DNA of 24,000 bases from Fibrobacter succinogenes (lineage in GTDB: Bacteria > Fibrobacterota > Fibrobacteria > Fibrobacterales > Fibrobacteraceae). Location: assembly GCA_902762795.1 (NCBI GenBank), contig CACWPM010000030.1, forward strand, positions 1-24,000, given 5' to 3'. Below the pieces are notes generated by a model, which worked only from the letters and a program-made list of their open reading frames with translations, made no database searches and was not told the origin of the DNA. Both the position numbers and the translations under genes were made by a program. Below are positions 16,337-23,751 of this stretch, one piece after another. Each line of letters opens with the position of its first letter. Position 1 is the stretch's first letter.

Positions 16337-16396
16337 AGACCGCCCGGTTTAAGCACATTCGAAGAAATTTTTTCAAAATTCGAGACAATTCTGAAG

Positions 16397-16673
16397 TTTG
16401 TACCTATAAAACTATTGTTTTATGCACTTTTATAGGTACAAAACAAGTCGTTTTCCATTCAGCAAGGCCGACCATAAGGCGAATTCTATCGAAAATGTAC
16501 CTATAAAAAATGCAAAAAATCGTTTTTATAGGTACGCCAAAACTTAGTTTATATGTAAAATTAGAAAAGTGTACCTATAAAACCTACACTTTTAAGGATT
16601 TATAGGTACGCAATTAAAAAAAAAGAGTGACCGATACCTATAAAACTTCACCGCCATCTGTTTTTATAGGTAC
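16397..16673. repeat. Array of four hairpin-type inverted-repeat units with arms GTACCTATAAAA / TTTTATAGGTAC
   Basis: Unit 1 is 16397..16442 (15-bp arms TTTGTACCTATAAAA, 16-nt loop). Unit 2 is 16497..16535 (13-bp arms, 13-nt loop). Unit 3 is 16571..16609 (11-bp arms, 17-nt loop). Unit 4 is 16635..16673 (11-bp arms TACCTATAAAA, 16-nt loop). The loops and the sequences between units are unrelated. Confidence 0.85.
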
Positions 16674-16877
16674 CGAAACAAAAAGCATAGTACAGAAGAG
16701 TATTACGCACTGTTTTGGGGCATATTTTCAGACTTCACAGATTAAGAAAAATTAAAGAACATTCTTAAACAGTGCCCTTTCAAAACGTTCTCAAAAACAG
16801 TTCTCAATTTTTCAGTTAACTTCCATCACACTTTTTATTACAAAGTTGATATTTTTCTCAAAATATTTTTTTCTCTA

Positions 16878-16906
16878 TTGCGTTTTTCCCCGTTATCATA
16901 TATATT
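16878..16906 (+). promoter_or_regulatory. Candidate sigma70-like promoter for the GH5 gene
   Basis: TTGCGT (16878..16883), 17 nt spacer, TATATT (16901..16906). This would give a ~150-nt leader. It is a pattern match only, and FCB-group promoters may not follow this consensus. Confidence 0.25.
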
Positions 16907-17062
16907 AATAGCAAAACAACGGGTGTATTCTAAGGTGTTTGAGAAAAAGGATGTTTAAGATCAGGCCAACAGGCCTCGCAATGTTCTCAAAAAATTTCTA
17001 AAAACCATTAAGAAAACAACGGCAAAGACACCCACAACAAGTTACTATAAGGAGTCTTCGAC

Positions 17063-19165
17063 ATGAGATTCAATACCTTTGGCATCGCCGCAAGCTCACT
17101 GCTCTTAGCCGCAGCTTCGGCTTTTGCGCTTCCCAAGGCAACGGAAATTTTCCCCAAAATGGGCCTCGGCTACAACATCGGCAACACGATGGAAGTTCCG
17201 GGAAACCAAGGCGGCCCGACCGGATGGGGCAACCCATTCCCGGACTCCGCTTACGTGAAGGCTATCAAGGACGCCGGTTTCAACACGGTGCGCATCCCTT
17301 GCGCCTGGAATAGCCACTCCTCTAACGGCACAATCAACGCCGGCTGGCTCGACTCCGTCAAGACTGTCGTCGATCTCGTCATCAGCAACGGCATGTACGC
17401 CATCTTAAACAGCCACTGGGACGAAGGCTGGCTCGAAGACCACGTGTTCGACGGTGAAGGCTACGACAAGACCGGTCTCGTGAACAGCTCCGCAGCAGCA
17501 GTCGCCGCCAAGCAGGAATCTTACTGGAAGCAAATCGCCACCAAGTTCGCTGAATATGACGAGCACTTGATTTTCGCCTCCGCCAACGAACCGGGCGTGA
17601 ACGACCCGTGGAACGGCGGTGCCGATAACGGCCAATGGGCATTCGATTCCAAGCGCATGACCATCCTCAAGCAATTCCATGAAGCATGCCTCAAAGGAGT
17701 GCGCTCCACCGGCGGCAACAACGCCACACGCATCGTGGTCGTGCAGTCGCCGCGTACCGAAATCGACAAGGCCCCGCTCCTCTCCGAACAGTACCCGACC
17801 GACCCGGCAGGCGAAGGCTACACAATGGCCGAAGTCCACTTCTACCCCTACCAGTTCTCGCTCATGACTGACGGCGACGAAGACTGGGGCAAGATGTTCT
17901 ACTACTGGGAAGATCAAAACCCGGGCAACGATGCCCCGCACACCTGTTCCGGCACCGCACTCGGATCCAAGCAGTCCATCGACAAACTGTTCAGCGGCCT
18001 CAAGACTCGTTTCTACGATAAGGGCATTCCGGTCGTGATCGGCGAAATGGGCGCCGTCAAACGCCTCGACCTTCTCTCCGGCGACAATTTGAAAGTCCAT
18101 TTGAAGGCTCGCGCCGCTTGGTACGGCTACACGGTCGCAGCAGCCAAGAAGAACGGCCTCGTCCCTTGCGTTTGGGACACAGGCGATGAAGGCAACGGCA
18201 ACTTCACCATCATCCGCCGCCAGGTACACAAGTACCAGGGCAAGGTGGGCGACATCACCGACATAGAAACCCTAAACGCCATGCGCGAAGCCTATGGACA
18301 AGCAGCACTTCCAGGAAACACCATCGACTCCACCGTCAAAGAACATACAGAAATTCTCGATGGCGACATGGCTCTTCACATCTCCTACAAGACCGTTCAG
18401 GCAGACTCTAGCGAAGCAGGCACCATGCGTATCGACATCAACAAGAGCTGGAGCCAGTACGTCGCAATCTCCTTTGACATGCGAGTCGCAGGCGATATCG
18501 CAGGCCCGTGTTTGGACACCTCCCGCGACGGTTGCGGCGAATACGGCTGGGCAAGCGTCTCCGTATTCAACATGAGCGGCGAATGGAAATGGAACGAAGT
18601 CTCTCTCGGCAACGTCGAGGACCTCGGCACCCTCAAGAACTACAAGATCGAATTCGGCGAAGAAGAAAGGCAGCTCGCATTCACGGACCTTACTAAGGTA
18701 AACGCCATCGGCATCAACGTTTACGGCACGCAATTTACCGGCGACATGTACCTCGACAATCTACTCCTCTGGAAAGCTGACGGCACCGCAGACACGCTCC
18801 AGAATTTCAATACCAAAAAGCCCAAACTCGAAGGCACCGCCAAGGGCGAACTCATCAAGGCGAACGCAACGGGTGACTGGGACACAGATACAAAGAGCGA
18901 CATTTGCATGCCAAGCATCGCCAAGGCGAGAAGCCTCCGCGTAAACGTGCAGCCGGGAGTTGTCAGCGCAACCTTCACCACCAGCAAAGCCTCTCACGGC
19001 ACAGCAACGCTCATGAACACACTCGGCCAGACTATCGCACAGCAGAGCTTCAACACAAAGGCCGGCGCCAACGAAGTCAAGTTCAGCACAAACTTCCGTG
19101 GCGCGGCAGTTCTCATCGTCAAAACGGGTAGCCAAAAAATCGTGCAACAAGTAAACCTCCGCTAA
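17063..19165 (+). CDS. Glycoside hydrolase family 5 endo-beta-1,4-glucanase with a CBM-like beta-sandwich module and a C-terminal secretion/sorting domain
   Basis: 700 aa with an AAGGAG RBS and the signal peptide MRFNTFGIAASSLLLAAASAFA. GH5 hallmarks are GYNIGNTME, FNTVRIPCAW, the acid/base in IFASANEP and the nucleophile in VVIGEMGA. Residues ~425-575 look like a jelly-roll CBM (ends GDMYLDNLLLWK). The last ~75 aa (VSATFTTSKASHGTATLMNTLGQTIAQQSF..AAVLIVKTGSQKIVQQVNLR) resemble a T9SS-type CTD or the basic terminal domain of Fibrobacter enzymes. Confidence 0.93.
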   Translation: MRFNTFGIAASSLLLAAASAFALPKATEIFPKMGLGYNIGNTMEVPGNQGGPTGWGNPFPDSAYVKAIKDAGFNTVRIPCAWNSHSSNGTINAGWLDSVKTVVDLVISNGMYAILNSHWDEGWLEDHVFDGEGYDKTGLVNSSAAAVAAKQESYWKQIATKFAEYDEHLIFASANEPGVNDPWNGGADNGQWAFDSKRMTILKQFHEACLKGVRSTGGNNATRIVVVQSPRTEIDKAPLLSEQYPTDPAGEGYTMAEVHFYPYQFSLMTDGDEDWGKMFYYWEDQNPGNDAPHTCSGTALGSKQSIDKLFSGLKTRFYDKGIPVVIGEMGAVKRLDLLSGDNLKVHLKARAAWYGYTVAAAKKNGLVPCVWDTGDEGNGNFTIIRRQVHKYQGKVGDITDIETLNAMREAYGQAALPGNTIDSTVKEHTEILDGDMALHISYKTVQADSSEAGTMRIDINKSWSQYVAISFDMRVAGDIAGPCLDTSRDGCGEYGWASVSVFNMSGEWKWNEVSLGNVEDLGTLKNYKIEFGEEERQLAFTDLTKVNAIGINVYGTQFTGDMYLDNLLLWKADGTADTLQNFNTKKPKLEGTAKGELIKANATGDWDTDTKSDICMPSIAKARSLRVNVQPGVVSATFTTSKASHGTATLMNTLGQTIAQQSFNTKAGANEVKFSTNFRGAAVLIVKTGSQKIVQQVNLR

Positions 19166-19193
19166 AGCACGACAATATTTCGCAACGAGAAAA

Positions 19194-19215
19194 GGGCTCG
19201 GCTTTCGCCGGGCCC
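19194..19215. terminator. GC-rich hairpin between convergent genes, probably a bidirectional terminator
   Basis: GGGCTCGGC, loop TTTC, GCCGGGCCC (9-bp stem, 1 mismatch). On the minus strand it is followed by TTTTCTCGTT, and on the plus strand by CTTATTGCTT. Confidence 0.6.
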
Positions 19216-19333
19216 CTTATTGCTTCCTAACCCACTTTTATTTTTCCTCCTAACCTATTCTTCCTAACCAAAATTATTCATTGCGATTTCAGCAGTGAAG
19301 CGAATTGGCAAAGGCATCAAAATTCCGATAGCC

Positions 19334-20149
19334 CTACATATCGGGTTTATTCACAAAACTCGAAGACTGCTGATAGCTCAATGGACGTTCGCCAAGAGTT
19401 CCGAGACTCGTGATATTGAACTTAAATTCACCCGGAAAAGCCTGTATTCTGAACCTTATCGCAACAAGCTGTTTTGCAGCCATCTCACCGGCATTAAGCA
19501 TCCAATTTTCAGGAATATATGAATTCGCCCACATAGGGAACTTGAAGTCTCTCCATTCATAACACCTCGTCACAAAGCTCCCGCTCTTCGGTAAATTGAC
19601 CGATGGCAAAGCATAACCAAATTCCAATTCAAGCTGCGGACCCAAATCAAGCACCAAAGTAGGAGCCGCTTCCGAAGCATAGCCAATGCACAGACCGCCC
19701 CAGTTCGAGACATCGACAGGAATAGGATCGCCCACGTCATTCGTAGCGATCGAAAAACCGACACCCACAAACGGACTATAAGTCAGCGTACCTTTTTTCA
19801 AAACCGCCGTTCCACAAATTCCACCGCACGCATCCACAACAGGCGCCAAAGAATCTGCTCCGGTCCCTAACTCCACGGGCCAAGCTATATACGATTCGCC
19901 GCCATCCACCGCGTCCGTCTGCATTTCCCAGAACCAACGGCCGTCTCCAACTGCATTTTTCGGCCACGACTCCGCATAAGCATAGCGGGCTGTATTGACA
20001 GCAAATTCGCCCGCCTGAGGATTCCACAAATCGCCAACAGTATCTGCCACCGTATTCGGTTCCACCGACGTACCAGACACATTATTGTCGGAACAAGCCC
20101 CTGCAAAAAGCGCCACCGAGCCGCATATCATAGAAAGTTTTTTATTCAT
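19334..20149 (-). CDS. Lipoprotein with one copy of an uncharacterised ~215-aa domain (third gene of cassette 1)
   Basis: 271 aa with an AGGAG RBS in the 14-nt gap after the upstream gene. The signal peptide and lipobox are MNKKLSMICGSVALFAGAC|SDNNVSGTSVEPNT. Domain motifs are GDLWNP, DGGESYIAWP, CGGICGTAVL, PFVGVGF, PVDVSNWGGLC, LPSVNLPK, CYEWRDFKFPMW, AAKQLVAIRF and GEFKFNITSLGT. Confidence 0.85.
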   Translation of the reverse strand: MNKKLSMICGSVALFAGACSDNNVSGTSVEPNTVADTVGDLWNPQAGEFAVNTARYAYAESWPKNAVGDGRWFWEMQTDAVDGGESYIAWPVELGTGADSLAPVVDACGGICGTAVLKKGTLTYSPFVGVGFSIATNDVGDPIPVDVSNWGGLCIGYASEAAPTLVLDLGPQLELEFGYALPSVNLPKSGSFVTRCYEWRDFKFPMWANSYIPENWMLNAGEMAAKQLVAIRFRIQAFPGEFKFNITSLGTLGERPLSYQQSSSFVNKPDM

Positions 20150-20163
20150 CCTCGACCACTCCT

Positions 20164-21105
20164 CTATTGACGATTCGTCCCAACCGCCACGACATTAAAT
20201 TTATAGGAACCCGGTTTCGCCTGAATTTTGAACTTAACCATCACCAACCGCGCAGCAGCCATTGCTCCAGCGTTTTTCAGCCATCCGGATTCTTCAAGCC
20301 AATTCTGGTCGACCGTATTCGCCAATTTGACCCACGAAGGCAATTCAAAGTCGTCCCAATGGAAACACTTTTGCATAGTCACTTCCGTTTTGGGAAGCGA
20401 CACCGAGGGTAAACCCCACCCAAGCAAAGCGTCCAACGAATCGCCAAGACCAAGTTCAAGCGTAAGCGCCACATCCGACATATAGGCAACACAAATTCCG
20501 CCCCAATTCGACACGTCAACCGGAACGAGCTTTGGATCATTTTCATCGCTATAATCTGTAACCATCGTAAAACCGACGTACACAAACGGATCGTAATCCA
20601 AAGAACCTTTTTCCAAAACAGCCGTTCCGCAAAAGCCCGAACATTCAACAATAACGGGATTCCAGACATCATCGGAATAACTATTGCCCAATTCCACCGG
20701 CCACACAATCTTCGACAGGCCTCCATCTCCGTCATCGAAGGCTGCGAACCAATTTCCGTATTCCATATGGGGAATAAGCGCGTTGACCTCTTTATCCATA
20801 TAATGGACCACGTCAACGACTACATCGTAACTGCCTCCCGTCCACAAATCACCAGAAGCATGGACGCACCCGCCCATATCGCTACTCTTGCACAAGACAG
20901 GAGCAACCGAAGAACTGCTCCAATCCGTGTTCGCACTGCTCAACGAAACGTCAAACAACGAGCTAGAAAAAGCATCGGCAGAAGAACTCGATGAAGCCTG
21001 CGCCATCGTATTCGGCTCCACCGATGTACCAGACACCTTATCGCCAGAACACGCACACGCCAAAAGCGCAATCACGCAAAAAGCCATACACAAGTTCTTG
21101 TTCAT
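20164..21105 (-). CDS. Lipoprotein with one copy of the same domain (second gene of cassette 1)
   Basis: Track ORF 20164..21186. By analogy with its paralogs, the start is MNKNLCMAFCVIALLACAC|SGDKVSGTSVEPNT (ATG at 21105). An alternative ATG at 21120 forms an ATGA overlap with the upstream stop. A Ser-rich linker is followed by GDLWTG, DGGLSKIVWP, CSGFCGTAVL, PFVYVGF, PVDVSNWGGIC, LPSVSLPK, CFHWDDFELPSW and GSYKFNVVAVGT. Confidence 0.85.
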   Translation of the reverse strand: MNKNLCMAFCVIALLACACSGDKVSGTSVEPNTMAQASSSSSADAFSSSLFDVSLSSANTDWSSSSVAPVLCKSSDMGGCVHASGDLWTGGSYDVVVDVVHYMDKEVNALIPHMEYGNWFAAFDDGDGGLSKIVWPVELGNSYSDDVWNPVIVECSGFCGTAVLEKGSLDYDPFVYVGFTMVTDYSDENDPKLVPVDVSNWGGICVAYMSDVALTLELGLGDSLDALLGWGLPSVSLPKTEVTMQKCFHWDDFELPSWVKLANTVDQNWLEESGWLKNAGAMAAARLVMVKFKIQAKPGSYKFNVVAVGTNRQ

Positions 21106-21116
21106 CTCAAGCGACC

Positions 21117-21935
21117 TCATAACACCTCTTTGGAAAGAGGAAACAGTTGCAAATTCAGCCTGTAAACTTGTTTGATATCGCAGCAACCTTCAGCTATCGC
21201 CGTAATTTTCTTGCGACATTCGTCCAGTTCGCGAACAATGCGTTCGTACGCCTCATGGTCAACACCCATCGTGATGCCCGTAATGTTGCGCTCATTTGCG
21301 GTAAAGCGGTCCAGTGCATCTACCGCGAGATAGCCCATTTGACGATGCATCGAACGGATTGCAAGCGGCAACCCCTCCTTGGAGCCTTCCACAGATTTTT
21401 CCGTCTGCTCGTAAACGTTATCTTCAACTAGCTTAAGAAAGCCGGCACGTTCCAAAAACTGGAGCGACTTGCGCACTTCCGTCGCAGAGACATCCTGCGT
21501 GCACGCCTTGGCAATCTCGCTCGGCACGGCCCCCTGCATCATCGGGGCAAGTTCGCGAATGACCGGATTTTTCCAACTATCGTAATATTCAAAAGCGTCC
21601 TTATCGACAACACGAACCTTATGCTCAAAGGCGATAGACTGCATCTGCTCTAAAAACGTTTTCCTAACATCGTCCGTCTTCGCATTGCCAAACTGGACCA
21701 TCGCCTCGAAATAGGTCACCTCGTAGCCTACAAGCCCCATCACCTTAGCCACGCGCCCCATAGTCGTCTTGCTCAAATTGGTTTTGCTTTCACTAACCAT
21801 TTTGAGATACGAGGGCGAAACAAACCCTGCTATTTTCGCAAATTCACGCCACGAAAATGCAGAAGTACGCTTGCGCTCTTCATAATAGTCGCGCAAATAA
21901 GCGTGGTAATTCTGGTATTCAACGATCGGCCTCAT
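21117..21935 (-). CDS. TIGR02147-like cytoplasmic protein with an N-terminal HTH-like region (first gene of cassette 1)
   Basis: Track ORF 21117..21965 begins at a GTG, and I prefer the ATG at 21935 (MRPIVEYQNYHAYLRDYYEERKRTSAFSWREFAKIAGFVSPSYLKMVSESKTNLS). A second winged-helix-like stretch is ATEVRKSLQFLERAGFLK. There is no signal peptide or TM segment. The family call is from memory of the Fibrobacter paralogous family (TIGR02147 / DUF4423). Confidence 0.8.
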   Translation of the reverse strand: MRPIVEYQNYHAYLRDYYEERKRTSAFSWREFAKIAGFVSPSYLKMVSESKTNLSKTTMGRVAKVMGLVGYEVTYFEAMVQFGNAKTDDVRKTFLEQMQSIAFEHKVRVVDKDAFEYYDSWKNPVIRELAPMMQGAVPSEIAKACTQDVSATEVRKSLQFLERAGFLKLVEDNVYEQTEKSVEGSKEGLPLAIRSMHRQMGYLAVDALDRFTANERNITGITMGVDHEAYERIVRELDECRKKITAIAEGCCDIKQVYRLNLQLFPLSKEVL

Positions 21936-22071
21936 ACAACCGAAATATATATTCCAAGAATACACCCGTCAATAGATTATAGTACATTTTTTGTCTTTTT
22001 ATTTAAATTTTAACAATTAAATGTACTTTAGAAACATATTTCATAAAATATAGTACATTCATGCAGCACAC

Positions 22072-22099
22072 AAAAAAAAGGTCCGGCATCAGCCGGACC
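22072..22099 (-). terminator. Strong rho-independent terminator separating cassette 2 from cassette 1
   Basis: On the minus strand: GGTCCGGC, loop TGAT, GCCGGACC (perfect 8-bp GC-rich stem), followed by TTTTTTTTG. It lies 23 nt after the stop at 22122. Confidence 0.8.
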
Positions 22100-22121
22100 C
22101 TCCTTTCCCCCTAAAAATTTT

Positions 22122-23750
22122 CTAATCGCGATTCGATCCAAGGGCCTTTATATCGAAAGCTCCCACGTTGCCATTTTCGCCTTCGATAATGAACCTGACC
22201 GCCACAGCCCTTTTGGCAACATCTTCGCCCGATATCCTGTACTTTTCGGGATTCGGCAACTTGTCCAAATAAGGCTGGGTGAATTCATTCCATTTATAGC
22301 ACTTAACGATTTCTAAAGAAGTCGTTTTGGGTAAAACAACAGAAGGCCATTTATAAATATCCAAGTCAGCATCTTCGATAGCGCTTCCCGAAGTCAAGGT
22401 ATCCGTGCTCATTTCCAACGACACCGGATCCAAATCCATCCTTATAGGATGATCCGACTTATAGGTAACACAGATTCCGCCCCAATTAGAGATATCGACC
22501 GGCACGCCCTGGTTAGAATCATTTTGAGCAAGCTGGAACCCAAACAACGCATACGGCTTTCTAGAAAGTTCGCCCTGGTCCAATATGACATTAAAGCAGC
22601 ATAGGCTACCGCACGCATCGACAATCACATCAAAAGGCGCAACGTGTCCATCGTACTGATCGCTCCAATACCAGTCAAAAATCGAACTCCCGCCTTCATT
22701 TCGATCCGTGTACTCGAACCATTGACCATTTCGCAAATGGCTCCACGAGGAATCCGCATAAAGAGTCGTTTTGACATTAGTCTCACGAGCCTCACCATCC
22801 CACAAATCACGGGGATAATCGTCACCTGCATACACGCTCCCAAACGGATCGGTTCCCGAAGAAGAACTGGACAACGGTTCGGAATAAGTCCCTAACGACA
22901 TGATATTGAACTTATATTCTCCAGGTTGCCCCGCGAATTCGATTCTAAACGCAACTAGCTGTTTCGCCGCTTTTGCACCCACATCGGTTTTCCAGTATTC
23001 CGGTTCATCTTGCATCCACGAAGGTATCTGGAAGTCGCTCCATTTACGGCATATCGTCTTAGGTACACCATCCTTTGTTCTAGGCAAAGTAACAGCCGGA
23101 TAGGCGAAAATGGGCCAGGGAGTTTCATCAAGCAACGCCAACGAGTCGCGAACAGCCAATTGCAAGCTAAACGACCGATCCGATGTAAGAGTTACGCAAA
23201 TACCACCCCAATCAGAAACATCGACTGGAACAGGATTGCCACTACTATCCTTCGCAAGCGTAAAGCCGACATACGCAAAAGGATTTTCTTGTGCCCCAGT
23301 AGAACTTTCTTTCAAAACGACTGTCCCACAAATGCCATTGCACGCTTCAACAATAGCCCGTTCGTCTTTCGAGCTCACATAATCCATCGGCCAAACGATA
23401 GACGACGAGCCCCCATTTTCGGCATCCGTTGCCATTACCCAGTGGCCATCAGTTTTTGCACCCGCCGGCAACGACGCCGCATAACGAGCAACATTAATGG
23501 TAAAATCGCCCGCACTCGGATTCCACAAATCGCCATTAAGCTCATAACGCCCCGACGAAGATTCCACTACCGAGCTCGATAAAGATTCCACCACCGAACT
23601 CGACGAAGCCACGGGAACAGAACTCGACGAAGAATTATACGCCAACAGCACATTGGGATCTTCCGATGAGCCCGATACATTACTGTCCGAGCAGCCAAAA
23701 GCCGCAAGCGAAAGCGCTCCGGCGCACGCCATATATAGTCTCTTATTCAT
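22122..23750 (-). CDS. Lipoprotein with two tandem copies of the uncharacterised domain (second gene of cassette 2)
   Basis: Track ORF 22122..23768. The paralog-consistent start is MNKRLYMACAGALSLAAFGC|SDSNVSGSSEDPN (ATG at 23750). The N-terminal domain has GDLWNPSAGDF...GEYKFNIMSLGT. The C-terminal domain has RDLWDGEARE...NEGGSSIFDW, CGSLCCFNVIL, PYALFGF, PVDISNWGGICV, WPSVVLPK, CYKWNEFTQPY and GAFDIKALGS. Confidence 0.85.
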   Translation of the reverse strand: MNKRLYMACAGALSLAAFGCSDSNVSGSSEDPNVLLAYNSSSSSVPVASSSSVVESLSSSVVESSSGRYELNGDLWNPSAGDFTINVARYAASLPAGAKTDGHWVMATDAENGGSSSIVWPMDYVSSKDERAIVEACNGICGTVVLKESSTGAQENPFAYVGFTLAKDSSGNPVPVDVSDWGGICVTLTSDRSFSLQLAVRDSLALLDETPWPIFAYPAVTLPRTKDGVPKTICRKWSDFQIPSWMQDEPEYWKTDVGAKAAKQLVAFRIEFAGQPGEYKFNIMSLGTYSEPLSSSSSGTDPFGSVYAGDDYPRDLWDGEARETNVKTTLYADSSWSHLRNGQWFEYTDRNEGGSSIFDWYWSDQYDGHVAPFDVIVDACGSLCCFNVILDQGELSRKPYALFGFQLAQNDSNQGVPVDISNWGGICVTYKSDHPIRMDLDPVSLEMSTDTLTSGSAIEDADLDIYKWPSVVLPKTTSLEIVKCYKWNEFTQPYLDKLPNPEKYRISGEDVAKRAVAVRFIIEGENGNVGAFDIKALGSNRD

Positions 23751-23751
23751 A

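Noticed and set aside
16337-16396. Possible terminator hairpin after polA (ACCGCCCGGT; TTCGAAGAAATTTTTTCAAAATTCGA)
   Set aside because: The stems are very short (4 bp) or AT-only and imperfect, so I could not support a confident terminator call.
16397-16673. Possible CRISPR array (repeats separated by unique sequence); the same question applies to 13255..13360
   Set aside because: At 16397..16673 the repeats are inverted pairs (hairpins), not direct repeats. Spacing is irregular (64-97 bp) and there are no cas genes. The 40-bp units at 13255..13360 are directly abutting tandem repeats with no spacers.
17105-19150. Antisense ORFs inside the GH5 gene (for example 17405..18229, 274 aa)
   Set aside because: For the same reason: the GH5 frame is unambiguous and the antisense products are low-complexity.
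19295-19522. Plus-strand ORF (75 aa) overlapping the 3' end of lipoprotein gene 19334..20149
   Set aside because: It is antisense to a gene with strong paralog support, and it has no RBS or recognisable features.
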